Assembly: GCA_905178155.1 (NCBI GenBank)
Contig: CAJINV010000001.1
Location: 3,463,675-3,527,674, forward strand
Length of the DNA: 64,000 nucleotides
From: Amoebophrya sp. A120
Lineage: Eukaryota > Protista > Dinoflagellata
Direction of reading: 5' to 3'
Shown here: in pieces, positions 50,807 through 62,184 of the stretch
Position numbering within the stretch: the first letter of the stretch is position 1
Layout: every line of letters starts with the position of its first letter
The notes under the pieces: generated by a model
Database searches by the model: none
Told to the model about the DNA's origin: nothing
The model's input: only the letters and a program-made list of their open reading frames with translations
Program-made: the position numbers and the translations under genes

Positions 50807-52073
50807 TGTATCCAAGAAAAAAAGTGTGTTAGTGTTGCATATTTACTTGTTTTTTTGAGCAGTCGTAACAAGTTCAAGGGAGAAGCCCAAAGCTGATAGA
50901 GCCCAAGTAGGTGCTACTCCCCACTGATACAGAAATGCCATGGGCTGGAGTTAGATCCGCGCTCTTGTGTTGATCCGAGACGCACGAGGGTTGGTATGTT
51001 GTATTGGTGGGAGAGTGGTGCCGGGTCGGTGCGCTTCAAGCACGGATCCGAGTGGAAAACATGTGGCGGCGACTGCGTCGCTGCAAAAGTTTTTCACATC
51101 CCACCCTTTATAGGCCTGTAGGAGATTTGCTTACACACTCCTACTTGTTGGCCCTGTCGTCTGACCCTGACTAGGCACGTGTCCGTGCGTCCTGGGCAGT
51201 CGTTCCCACCCATGCGTCTTCGACGGGAGGATAGTTTACAGCACATCAAGCCCCTTCAGGGCATCAATGCTGCTCCCATCTTTGGTCGGCCCGTTGAGCC
51301 ACCAGCAGTTTGCCATCGCATGACTACTGAGAGCGACTCTTCCGGGGCGTGCGTTCGCGCCTCCGCATCTCTTTCCATGGGCCTGGACAGCCCATTGACA
51401 GCGATGTCGGCACCTACTTGGTCCTAGTCAGGATTCAGTCTGACAGATTTGGGATTTGCACCTTGATTATTGTTTGTGTAATGCATAAAATGCCAACACA
51501 ATCACAATCAGTCACGCCGGTCATCGTATCAGACAACCAAAGTAAGTGGCCTCTTTCCATGCGTGCGTTCACGTACTAGCCATGCATGTGCATCTGCATG
51601 ACCATGAGCATGGCAGTACGTGTGCAGTCATGCAGAGCAATTGTGGCATTCTGTTAGTCCACGTTAAGTACTTAAGTACACTAACACATTTCGTGTTTGT
51701 TTCCTGGATAGTGTGATCGGATGGTGCAATATCATTAAAATACATTCTCAGAAACTCCTGCCCTTATACTCGAACCATGTTTTAGTTAGCACTGATCGAT
51801 TTATTGTCACTGCATGAAAGCATAAGCACGGGGAGGGTATCATCTTGAAGAAGGCCACTGCTGTGCCAGTCCTGCAAGCGCGGAGCTCTGCTTCGGAATC
51901 TAAGGTGTCTTCGCCGTGGGACAAATAAGATTGACAGGTGCAGGTGGCGCTATAGTGCGAACGCGGAATAACAATAAAGTTGTGCCGTTGCCTCCTTGCA
52001 TCAACGTGCAAGAATTCTAGATTCAGGCGGTATGATATCCAGCTTCGCTTTCGCACACAATATTTGAGTATGT
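50807..52073. mobile_element. ~1.27 kb non-coding insertion, possible solo-LTR-like element
   Basis: Interrupts the second ectodomain repeat, while the first repeat is continuous here; flanked by AGAGG (50802-50806, 52074-52078); starts TG; shares a motif with the copia LTR. Confidence 0.5.
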
Positions 52074-54991
52074 AGAGGGCGGGGAGCGGTTTATTTTTTC
52101 GCGATTTTTGGCCGACGATTGTGAGTGGCGGCGCGTACTGTCCTGGAAATGGTCTGCAAGATTCCACAGTCTCTGAGTTTAGCGCCAAGCACCCAACAAT
52201 GCCTGCCTTCGTCGCATTTAATGGTAGGTCCACCATTTTCGACGGATTGGGTCCTACATACGGCACTGCGTGTGCAGACAAGGCAAATTTCAATGGAACG
52301 TACACTCCTACATACGGAGACTTCCCGTCTTGGCTCAGCAAACAATACAACGTGTTCAGTTTCGTCACGGCCTTGAATCCGCCACCGAGCTACGCACCCG
52401 CCAAGGCACCAGACGTCACGAACGAAATTGCAATGTTTCACACGAACGGCCAGCTCTCGAGGCGTTCGTCGGTTGCTCGGTGTGCTGCTGACGAAGACAT
52501 GGTAGGCGGTGGCTGCGAACTCAACTGGGGAACCTTCGGCGGTGATGTCGACAAAAATTGTCTCTTGGCAGAGAGCCTGCCGGAAAATGACAGTTCCGGT
52601 GGACACGCCTGGAGGTGCACGTACGTGTGCACGGATGCTGTTACCGACGCCGCCATGCCTAACATCACTGCCACGGTCGTTTGCTTCGCTTCCAGCTTCT
52701 TTGACGTTTTCTTAGGGAGTTCTCGTCCGACATTGCGTCATTCGACCGACAAGGCCCGGTATGTGGTTTCCGGTAGTAACAAATTCGGACCCCAGGTAGA
52801 CGTCGCGTGCGCAGCGGGAGAGGTTCTGATTGCGGCGGGATGTGCTTACTGGAATAACGCTGCGCCGCAATACACAGGTCACTACAAAAAGCTGCGTGGC
52901 TGGCGAAACAAAACAAACGGATTAGACTGTGATCCTGGCGTGTGCCCTACTAACATCAAGCCTTTCAGCCACACTGCTGAAGAGTTGCCCGAATTGCTTG
53001 GGGTCGACCGACACGCTGACATGAAGACCGCAACATGCGGCGCGAGAGTATTTAAGCACGACACGAGCCTTCTCGAGAGCTTCGGAGCAGTCGCGCTATG
53101 CCTCGCGCCACCAGAGGGGCCGACTTGCGCCAGTGGATACAAATCAGGCGCCCTCGCTCATCCTGTGTGCCCATCGGGTTACCACAACTTTGACGTGGCA
53201 GATTGCGTAGCAGCAGGGAGCCGCAACATCTGCAGCCCAACGAACAACTACTGCGACGCGGACAAGTGCAAAAAAGTATGCTGTAACCCTGCAGCAACGA
53301 CCACTCCCCCTCCCGCAGTCAACGACACAGACTCGTCAGCAAGTGAAGACATCGCCGCCAGTGCGGGCGTGGGCAACCCACTGCTCTGGGTTGGAGTCGG
53401 TGGGGGAGTCGCCGTGCTGGCTCTTCTGTCGTGGTTCCTCTCCAGCCAAGCACGCGCGCACCCCATCTTCACCCAGGGGGGTAGTGGATATTACGGCGGC
53501 TACAACCAGAACGGCGGCTACGGCGACAACTACGGTTACGGTTCGGCGGGAACTCCTGCTTGGGAAGTAGCTCAACAAAATTACCAATACGGATACGGTG
53601 GGGCGGCTCCTGGAGGGGGACAGTATCAGCAAAGCTACCAGAATTACGGTGCCTACAACGGGCAAGAATACGCGCAGTACTAAAAGCGCTACTACTGATT
53701 TGGTTTTGCGATTTCTTGGCACCACTTGGCTTCTTTTCGCAAGCGCGGCGCGGATGTTGTTCGCCATAGAAGTGAATGAGCCAAGTTCATGCCAGAGGCG
53801 GGCGGAGTTTTTGGCTCTATGCGCCTGCCAAACACGAACACCGTTGGTCGTTACTGTGAAGCTATTTTTTTTTTTACTCTGACAAACAAACGTAACCAGA
53901 CCAAAAATGTTCTGGCGTCTTAGCTCTTGAGGAATACTATCAAAAATAGTCACGCAACCGTATGATCGAGATTCAAATGCGGACGATTATCGGACTTGTG
54001 ACGGGATGAAAAACAAAAGGCAAAAAATTATTAGAGCTAAAGAAATGACAGCTTTCCATCTTCGCAGTTGTCTCTCGCGATCGCGGAGAGGTGGAGCAAT
54101 ATTTATACATGTAAGTACGTCCTTTCTTGAACAAGTACGGAAGTTGTAGTCGGTTTCTCACCTCAGATTTCTGTCGAATGTTCCGCACAATTGAAAATCA
54201 TGAAAGAAAAAAGCGTCGATCGGGATCGAGATCCAAAATATCGGACGTGCGTTGAGATCACGTCTAGTTGTTTGACAATCGAGAAGTAGATCTGTTGCGA
54301 AGTATGGACACGTAGTTTTTATTGGGGAGGACAGATTAATTAATTTTCATTCTGATGCTGAATCTGAAATGCGAGTGCCACTGATTTCTCTTCGCTCCAA
54401 AAAGGACCCCAAGCAGAGAAGCGCAGTAGCGTGTCCCCTTGAGAAGTATTGCTTTTTTATTGACGAGGAGAAAAAAACTCGTGTATTATTTAGATGTACT
54501 TGAGTACCCGATCCCGATCATGATGAATCATTGCCGCCATCCCATCCGTACTAGTCATCTTGAGGTGACATGGTAGATCAAAAAGGAAATGCGAACAAAG
54601 AGCAAGTGAGTAGTCGGAATACATCCTCAAGAACTCTTTCTCTCTCTCTTTCGGGGACACACGCTCAATGACTCGTTGCGTGAATAATTATTCATCGTTC
54701 GTGAATCTGAAAGGTGTACACTATCAATGAATCCATCTTCCGCTGCACAGACCATTTCCTTGAAGAACTCTGGAATCAATATTTATTGACAGTAACAACT
54801 GAAAGTTCCGAAGGAGAAAACCTAGGGTTTTTTGCAAGTAGTTGTCCCAGTAAGATATATGGTTTAAAGTATTTCTAACTGCTGCAAGTTCTACTTCATT
54901 ATCACATTGCGCAACTAGCGACCAAGTACAACACTTACTTATCTTTCTACCGAACTGCATCGCAAGCGACCCAAACAAGTGAAACCAAGTC

Positions 54992-57939
54992 ATGACGGAC
55001 GACTGGGAGGATGATGATTTCGAAAAGCCCGTGAAGGCGGAGGGCGCCAGCGACGACGTATCAAATGTAAAAATGTCTGGGTCTGGAAGAGTCATGCTGT
55101 TTTTGCATGACGCACAAGGTCTGGCATGGAAGCTCTAGCGTCACAGGTTTCGCGAAGCTTCCGCAATGCCTAATCCGCATGACAGATCCCCCATTTTGGT
55201 GACAGAAAGTGGGCTACTTTTGCTACCTATGCATGAGAGATTTTTCTGTGTTTTGAAATGCGCATCACAAGTTGCATTCTTCCAGACCCAGACATTTTTA
55301 CATTTGGTACGACGATGATTGGGACAAATCGGAAGACGAAGATGCATATCAAATGCAAAAATGTCTGGGTCTGGAAGAGTCAAACTTGTGATGCTGCATT
55401 TGGATGCTAAAAAAACCTGTATTGCATGACCAGCAAGAGGATTCAAATTTGGCTACGCGGAGGGGGCATTTGTCATGCTGGATGCGCATAGATAAGCGCT
55501 CAAAAAATCTGTGATGCTATGGCATACATCACAGACATCATGGATCATGGAAAATGTGCATGACAAAGCTGTGCTCTTCCAGACCCAGACATTTTTGCAT
55601 TTGATAATGCACCGAAAAAGGCGAATTGGGACGACGATGACGAGGACGATTGGGACAAGGATACCACAAAACCTGTGGAAGAGCCCGTCGCAAAACCGGC
55701 ACCCGCTCCGAAGGGGCCCGCCGCGAAGTCAAAAGAGAAAGCCGAGGTATACATAGTCATTTTGCAAGAAAGGTTTCCGTTTGGTCGCATTTAGTAGGTG
55801 AATATGAAAATGCGTTTACTACAGCTGTGAGCTCCGTGTAATTTCTTGCGTGCAAGTCGGAATGGATATGATTCAGATTCTCTCGCGGAACAAACAAAAA
55901 GATCAACTTTGTACTACACGCAAAGAACACAAGAAACTCTCAATCAGATTTACGTCCCACTAGACGACCCTATTGCGGAGAAGGCACGGCTACGGCGGCT
56001 CCAAGAGGCGGCAGACGCGGTATGCATTGCAAAAGTGTCTGGGTCTGGAAGGATGCAACTTGTCATGCTAAGTCTGGATAGTGCAATATTTGTATTGCAT
56101 GATTACCAAAAGGTGTCCACGTTTGAACAAGTTTAGCGGTAGTTTGTCATGCAGGATAGACATGCTAGAGACTTCGCAGAACCTGTTATGCTAGCTCCTG
56201 CATTGCAGACCTCATGGGGCATGGAAAATATGCATGACAGGGTTGTATGTAGTGAGGTCACCGAACGGTTCTAACCAGGGAGGTTTTTTGACATATACCC
56301 TGAAAAACGACCGGCAGTTTTCAAGCGTCCGAAAGCGTTTTTTGACATAAAAAATTTCCAATTATTAAGCTGGCGGGGCTTTGAAGTCAAACAAGCCCGG
56401 TCGAAAACTACCGATTCGCACTTGATAAAACGACCCAGGGGAACCGGCAAAAGGGGCGCCCTTCTGACGCGCCCACCGCCTTGGTTTCTGGCGGTTTGGG
56501 CCGCCCAAAAAGTGGCGCGCAAAAAACTCGCCCAAAATCAGAACAGCGAAACAGCTTGGCACGGCCGCGATTTCGGAGCATTTTGGGCGGCCGCGAAAGC
56601 GGCCGCCTTTTCGCCGGTTCCAGAGCCTGGGAAGCTTCGCAAAAAGCGCCGGAGGGAAAGATAAAAACGCGAAAAAGAAAAAGCGCCCCGGACGCGCAAA
56701 GCCAATCCGCATGCTATGGGCCCGATTTTTCTTCGCTTTTTGGGCGCCCCCCGTGGCGCCCGGATCGGCTCCATAGCATGGGGGCTGGCTTTCGGAAAGG
56801 AATTTCGGAGATTTGCCAAAAGCTGCGACGTTTATCGAGCGGCCGCAACACCGTGCGGCCTAACGTTACTCACGGCGGTATGGCGAGCCCAGAAAAAGCA
56901 AGGCCGCGGCCAAGGCGATGGCCGGCAAGAAAACGCCCACGACCTCACTACCTCCGCCCCGGCGGCTATATTTGGTATTCTTCCAGACCCAGACATATTT
57001 GCAGTTCATACGCGGCCCTGGCGGACGATTTGTTCGCGGAGTTCACGAGGAAGGACTCGTCCCCGTCGAAGGCTGTGACGAGCGGCACCACCGCCGCGGC
57101 GTCGTCCAGTTCCCCCGCGAAAAAGCAGAAGCAGGCCGAGAAACAGGTGGTCAAGGACGAATGGGACGACTTTACGCTGGACACCGCCGACAAGGTGGTG
57201 GAGGTAATGGCCAAGATCCAGGGCAAGGTAGAGGAGGTGGAGAAGAAGGCATACATGAAAGGATGCATCAACAATCTACTGACCAAGCTGCTCGTCTGTG
57301 TCGCGGACAAAATCTCCCTCAGGGAAGCACAGGATCTAGAGAAGAAAGTGAAGGAAATTATCCGCGTCAGGGTACTCTTTTATTGGTGTATTTTTTCATC
57401 AACAATGAAGCATTTTCCGCGGCCCTTGGTGAATACATAATCAACTTCTGTTTGGTTTGTAAAATTTCTGATTCTCTTTGTTGCGACAATATCTAAACTT
57501 TCTTTTAGATGGCGTTTCTGAAAAAAACAACAAACTTGACGACGAAAACAGAAAGTGGAGCAGCAGACGGCACAAGCAGCGAAGACAAAAATAAATGCAG
57601 TGAATAAGAACACGAAGTTCGATGTGGCCGGCGCGCTTGACGAGCGATACGGCTATGACGACGAAGACTGGTACATGGCATAATCAGATAATCACTTCAA
57701 AGAACCCAATTTGGTTATTCACTATTGTGTTTTGTTGCTTCTACTGTTTCAATTCACGATTGATCATGCATTCTCAGCAATCTACTGCGTCTGCTAACTT
57801 GCAATTACAAATCAACAGGGACGAAGATGAGGAGTGGGAGGGCGAAGGAGGCTACTACGACGAAAGCGGCGCCTGGGTCGAAGGGTACTACAAGGAAGAC
57901 GGAACCTGGGTTACCACGAAAACCACGCCGGCGGCCTAG
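54992..57939 (+). CDS. EIF3J: Translation initiation factor eIF3 subunit j (Hcr1)
   Basis: MTDDWEDDDF...DDWD...NWDDDD acidic Trp motifs; LDDPIAEKARLRRLQEAADAALADDLF reconstituted after removing three TIR elements and conventional introns. Confidence 0.88.
55059..55309. mobile_element. TIR introner/MITE copy 5 (251 bp), TSD CGACG
   Basis: Same TIRs; CGACG at 55054-55058 and 55310-55314; interior partly reverse-complementary to copy 2. Confidence 0.94.
55347..55606. mobile_element. TIR introner/MITE copy 6 (260 bp), TSD ATGCA
   Basis: Same TIRs; ATGCA at 55342-55346 and 55607-55611; interior co-oriented with copy 2. Confidence 0.94.
56021..57010. mobile_element. TIR introner/MITE copy 7 (990 bp including nested insert), TSD CGCGG
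   Basis: Diverged TIRs TATGCATTGCAAAAGTGTCTGGGTCTGGAAG / CTTCCAGACCCAGACATATTTGCAGTTCATA; CGCGG at 56016-56020 and 57011-57015. Confidence 0.92.
56249..56978. mobile_element. Nested ~730 bp non-autonomous element with asymmetric inverted repeats and a 3' hairpin (Helentron/Helitron2-like)
   Basis: GTAGTGAGGTC 56249-56259 and GACCTCACTAC 56941-56951, then hairpin CCGCC-CC-GGCGG; removal restores the host GTTGTAT^TCTTCCAGACC and a 260-bp length. Confidence 0.7.
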
Positions 57940-59142
57940 GGGGTGCAGCGTCATGTACTTGTATCATCTTCCGCGTTTATTTGAAGCTGCGCGTCGACGG
58001 ACGGGCTCCTTTGTAAGACGATGACGTCGAAACGGAAACCTTTGACAAACTCCTTGCGCTCCCATGAATACTTCGGTCTCATCTCGACACGACCTCGGAT
58101 TGTGCCTTTCACGACCACCTGTCGTCGCCTTTACTGACCTTTATTCCGAGGAAGGAGGGAGTTTCCACGGATGTGATTTGGTGGTGAAAAGCGTTCAGCA
58201 TCCGCATCACACGATACATCTGATCATATTCTTGACCTTCCTTTTTCTGGAATCGCTCGGGCGGTTGACTTTGATGTTGAACTACCCCTGGATGGTATTT
58301 TTAAAGCTGGTAGCACCCCCCCCATGAAGAATATCTAAAAACCTCTTCGCCCCCGAAGTAGTTTCGATTTCGCTCCTACGAAGCGCAGGTTTAAACTGCG
58401 TAAATTTGGAAGCATTTGCGCTTCGAGTCTCAGTGGCATACCTCTCCATCTCGCTGACGAGATCGAGTCAGTTACATTTAGAAAACGCTGTATGCAGCTC
58501 TTCGCATTTTCATTTTCCGTCCTGGCAGGATGTTTGTTCCGCTTAAAAGACATGATGACAGGTAGTTTTGCTGTTTTGAAACGTCCGTGCAACGTCGTCT
58601 TCCGCTTCACCGTGTGCTGATGCACACACTTTTGCGTCTTGCTGTTCGTGCTGGCCATCTCACAAGAAAGTACCGATTATGTCAGTCTAGCTAGCACTAA
58701 AGCCAGAGAGAACAGCATCGCCACTGATGCTAGAAAACGTGAATTGCGTACTAACTTGGAGCGCTAGAGATTTGGATATCACATCGTCGTGAAATAAGAA
58801 AACTAACTGCGTCGAAGCTGCTCACTCCCTCGTACATCGTAAGAGCAGGCACGGCAAATGAAAACTCGTTCATTTTTGGGGACGTCGAGCCAATCGTATC
58901 GTGCATAGGAAGAGGTATTCAGCCCAGAGCAAAAATTCTGCAAAAATACCTCCGTTCATTTTTTTCATTTGGGTACCATCCATCCCGCACCAGATTCGCA
59001 AAAACCACTCGTCCACTTGTCGTGTTTGGCACACCAACGCTACCTTCTTCTCCCAAATCACCAACCTGTAGTTTTTTTTAACTTATTTTTTGAGAATAAA
59101 GCTTCACCTGGGTAGTGAAAAGAATACGATAGAAAAAAGACC

Positions 59143-61073
59143 ATGCCGGAAGACGCACCGACAGTAACCTTCGCCGAGGGCGAGGCAGAGGAGGAGGAAG
59201 TGGCGCCGGCTGACGTGCGACCCAAGTTTATCCCAAGAGGCTACGAGAAACTCAACAAGCACATCTACAGTACTTGATATTTTACACATTTTAATAGACG
59301 TATGTCGGTCTCCTCGTCCGTGTGCGGCAACGAGCGATAAGTAAGAGCGTCATGCGCGAGCGTGCTTGTACGTGCATGACCATGAGCATGTTGTACTTGA
59401 GATGAATCATGAAAAAAACGTTTCGACCGTTGTACTTCAGTTCCAGCAACGTTATTCCATCGTTGTTCTGCAGTTCTATAGATGATTCAGCGAAGATAGA
59501 TAGCGATCTCAACGCATTCCATACAACAGGAAACATTTTCTACTCGACCTCAACGGCGGACAGCTTTCGGGATCCTATCATCTTCTCCAGCGAAACGCCG
59601 GAACTGCACCGAGACTGCCGGGGAACAAATGTGCAGGGGATCCACGACATCAACCGAAGTGGGAAGTTCAAGCCCTCCCGCGCACCGCTCTACCAGCGAT
59701 CGATGTGCGCCTACACCCAGCAGTAAGTTACTTATTTTCCCAACCCCATCAGTCAATAGAAGATTTCAGAACAAGTTCTTCTGTTTGCAAAAGATTTTCT
59801 ATACCTGCTTCGCTTCCGTTGATGGAGACCTCACTGACATAATCATGCACACGTATCACAGGAAAAATTGAAAAAGAAATAGCGGAGCCGACATGGCAGA
59901 TAATTATAATTGCGAATGAGAATGAATTGCACCACGCTGTACTAAACAAGGTTTGTCCCGCGGCCATTGGACGGCGTGCAGATAAATAAGGAGTGTTACG
60001 ACCTGTTTAAGGAAAAATGCGAGACACCCTCCACTTCAAGCGGCGGCAAGGGCGCACAGTTTCACGGTGAAACCACAACGGCTTTCTCGTACCCGAAATA
60101 CTCACGATCACAAAGCGAGAAAGCCATCGCGCCAAATTTCAAACCACAGCAGGTGAGTCATCTCCGATGGTGATTCTTTTGCATGCAGGATAGAGGACGT
60201 CGTCGTCCTGCTGGATGTGCGGTAGGGAAATTGAATGAAGATCCGGTTGGTTTGTTCTGATGCGTGTTGATTTGGAAACTAAAGTAGTTGTAGTAAAGTA
60301 CTATGCATCAATAAATCAGAATCACGACAAAACAGGCCAAGCACGTGTCCGATGAGAACAAGCTTATGGTCACGCAGTCCTTCCAGCACAAGGAATACCC
60401 ATGCCCGTCTCCTCAAGCGACGAAGAACGCCAGACCAGCTGCTTTTAAACCTGCGTATTTTTTTAGATAGCTGTTTTTATTTAACGAGAGGACACCTTGA
60501 AGTTGACCTCTACGGTTTTTCCATGGAGCAGGGTTCTTTTTCAAGATCAAGCATGCCAGTGGACTTGTATGAATATACCATTCCAGCAGAAGATGAAAAG
60601 CAGTACTCAGCGTAGTTGGAATGGGCGGATGGATAATCATCGGTCACGTTGTTCGCCACACAGGTACAAGACGCACAAGGCAGTGGGCACGATGTCGGCG
60701 AAGTCCAGTTACAACCGGGAATACCACGCGGACAAATACAACAGCGTGTGGCCGGTGAGATTCGCCAGACAAAACGCGCCGCCACCACCGGCCAGCGGCT
60801 ACACCGGTACTAGTGCTTGCTTATTTCTTGTTCTTGAAAATATGACGAAGACGAGTACTAAACTACTCGTAACGATTGGGAATCGTGAACCCAACTGAGT
60901 AGAGAACCAGTTGCAGTGTCGAAAATGTGCATATGTGAAAGCCAACGTCGGCGTGCCATTAGTTCGAAATGACGGACTTTTCAGGTAAACAACGGCTGGA
61001 TCCGGAGAGCCCGCGCAAACTGAAGGAGGAGGACTTTCACATCGGAGATGTGGTGGTTTATGGGCCGTGCTAA
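59143..61073 (+). CDS. Multi-exon protein, possibly a SAXO/Mn-motif microtubule inner protein
   Basis: Short exons with YSTSTADSF, FHGETTTAFSYPKY, SFQHKEYP and KSSYNREY motifs; GC-AG first intron ~59240-59529. Confidence 0.45.
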
Positions 61074-62184
61074 ACGAAGCTCGGTATCGATTGAAGATGG
61101 TATGCTTCAACCATGCCAGCTTCTATTCAGGTTTAATTCAGTAATACACTCTAGCAAAAAATCAGACACAGTGCGATACAACATTGTTGTATCAGCAAAT
61201 CAGACACCGTTATCATCTTTCGAACAGCCAGAACAGCTTACATTTGGTATCAGACTCGATTTGTTGAGATTGCAATTTTATCAGACAACCAACTAAAATT
61301 GTGTGGAATAGCATAAAATTATATCGGTACAGACTGTTTGTAAAAATTATCATCCTCCAGGTATCGAAAATTTCAATTTGAAAATTATTCCGAGGAAAGC
61401 AGATCTTTGTTTTTAGAACTCAGCAGCAACTAGATTTTTGATTTTCGTGGCACCAGGTCGTGGCGCTTGCAAACCGATTTCATTCAGACTATAGCAGGCT
61501 GCTAGGCATGTTGACTTTCACTATTCTTGATCTATCAAAATTACCTGTATGTTATGTATTAGGATCATCACATGATGTGATACGGACTCACGAGTGTTTC
61601 GAAAAAACTCTGCTAATAGCCGCCCAGGAGAGGACTTTTTGGACGATAGACGATTGTAACAATGTTTAGGCGATGATGGAACAAGTAGAACGGGAATCGA
61701 CATTCTATTCCAAAATTTCTATGTGTCTCGGACCGGGCAAATTTTGGGCACTGTGGGGCTATGGTGCGGAGGCAATAGATTTTTGAAATTTTTCACGAGA
61801 ATACATTACAAGCTTCTATTTTGCCTCGCGGTAAAGACAATTCGATTGTGACCAAAACGCACCAGAAGAGTATTTGTGACGCCGAGTCAAACGCACGGGA
61901 ACACAGATGATTTGTGCAAGCTTTGCTGCGTCGCTTGTCCTTCCGAAGGCACGCAGCACTTCCAACATGCGGCCCCGCTGTTCAAGTTTTCAGAAAAGAA
62001 ATTCCATTCTAGGAGGTTCGGTTTAGTTTTTTCGACAAAACAAAATCAAACTTTTTTTTCGCTGTTTTTTGTCGACCAGCATCGGGTGACCTCGTTTCGG
62101 TAGCTGATTACGTATCTCAGCCGAGATTATCCGCGTCGCTGCAGATAGAGCTGCTTTGTTTTGTCTGTTTTCTTTTTCCCGACA

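Larger units (their letters stand above)
41466..53683 (+). pseudogene. Cys-rich type I membrane/surface protein with a tandemly duplicated ectodomain, interrupted by a copia element and a second insertion (possibly disrupted)
   Basis: Hydrophobic N-terminal segment; two copies of ENDCAGY...FPLAFGRSxLLQQYCGR...SGGAYCPGNGLQ...ELPELLGV...CLAPPEGPTCASGY; C-terminal TM LLWVGVGGGVAVLALLSWFL and G/Y/Q tail. Removing the copia element restores MRSATCVARV. Confidence 0.75.

Noticed and set aside
54218-54519. 11-bp inverted repeat GATCGGGATCG / CGATCCCGATC about 300 bp apart
   Set aside because: Low complexity, no TSD, no second copy in the window
55059-57010. Clustered ~30-bp repeats suggestive of a CRISPR array
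   Set aside because: The repeats are inverted pairs with TSDs, spacing is irregular, there are no cas genes and the context is eukaryotic
56481-57015. N-terminal half of the 319-aa ORF 56481-57440 as a possible transposase
   Set aside because: Chance open frame in the GC-rich nested insert running into the eIF3j exon; no catalytic motifs
51595-59390. Exact 18-mer TGCATGACCATGAGCATG at 51595 and 59373
   Set aside because: Built from CATG units that are common here; flanks do not align
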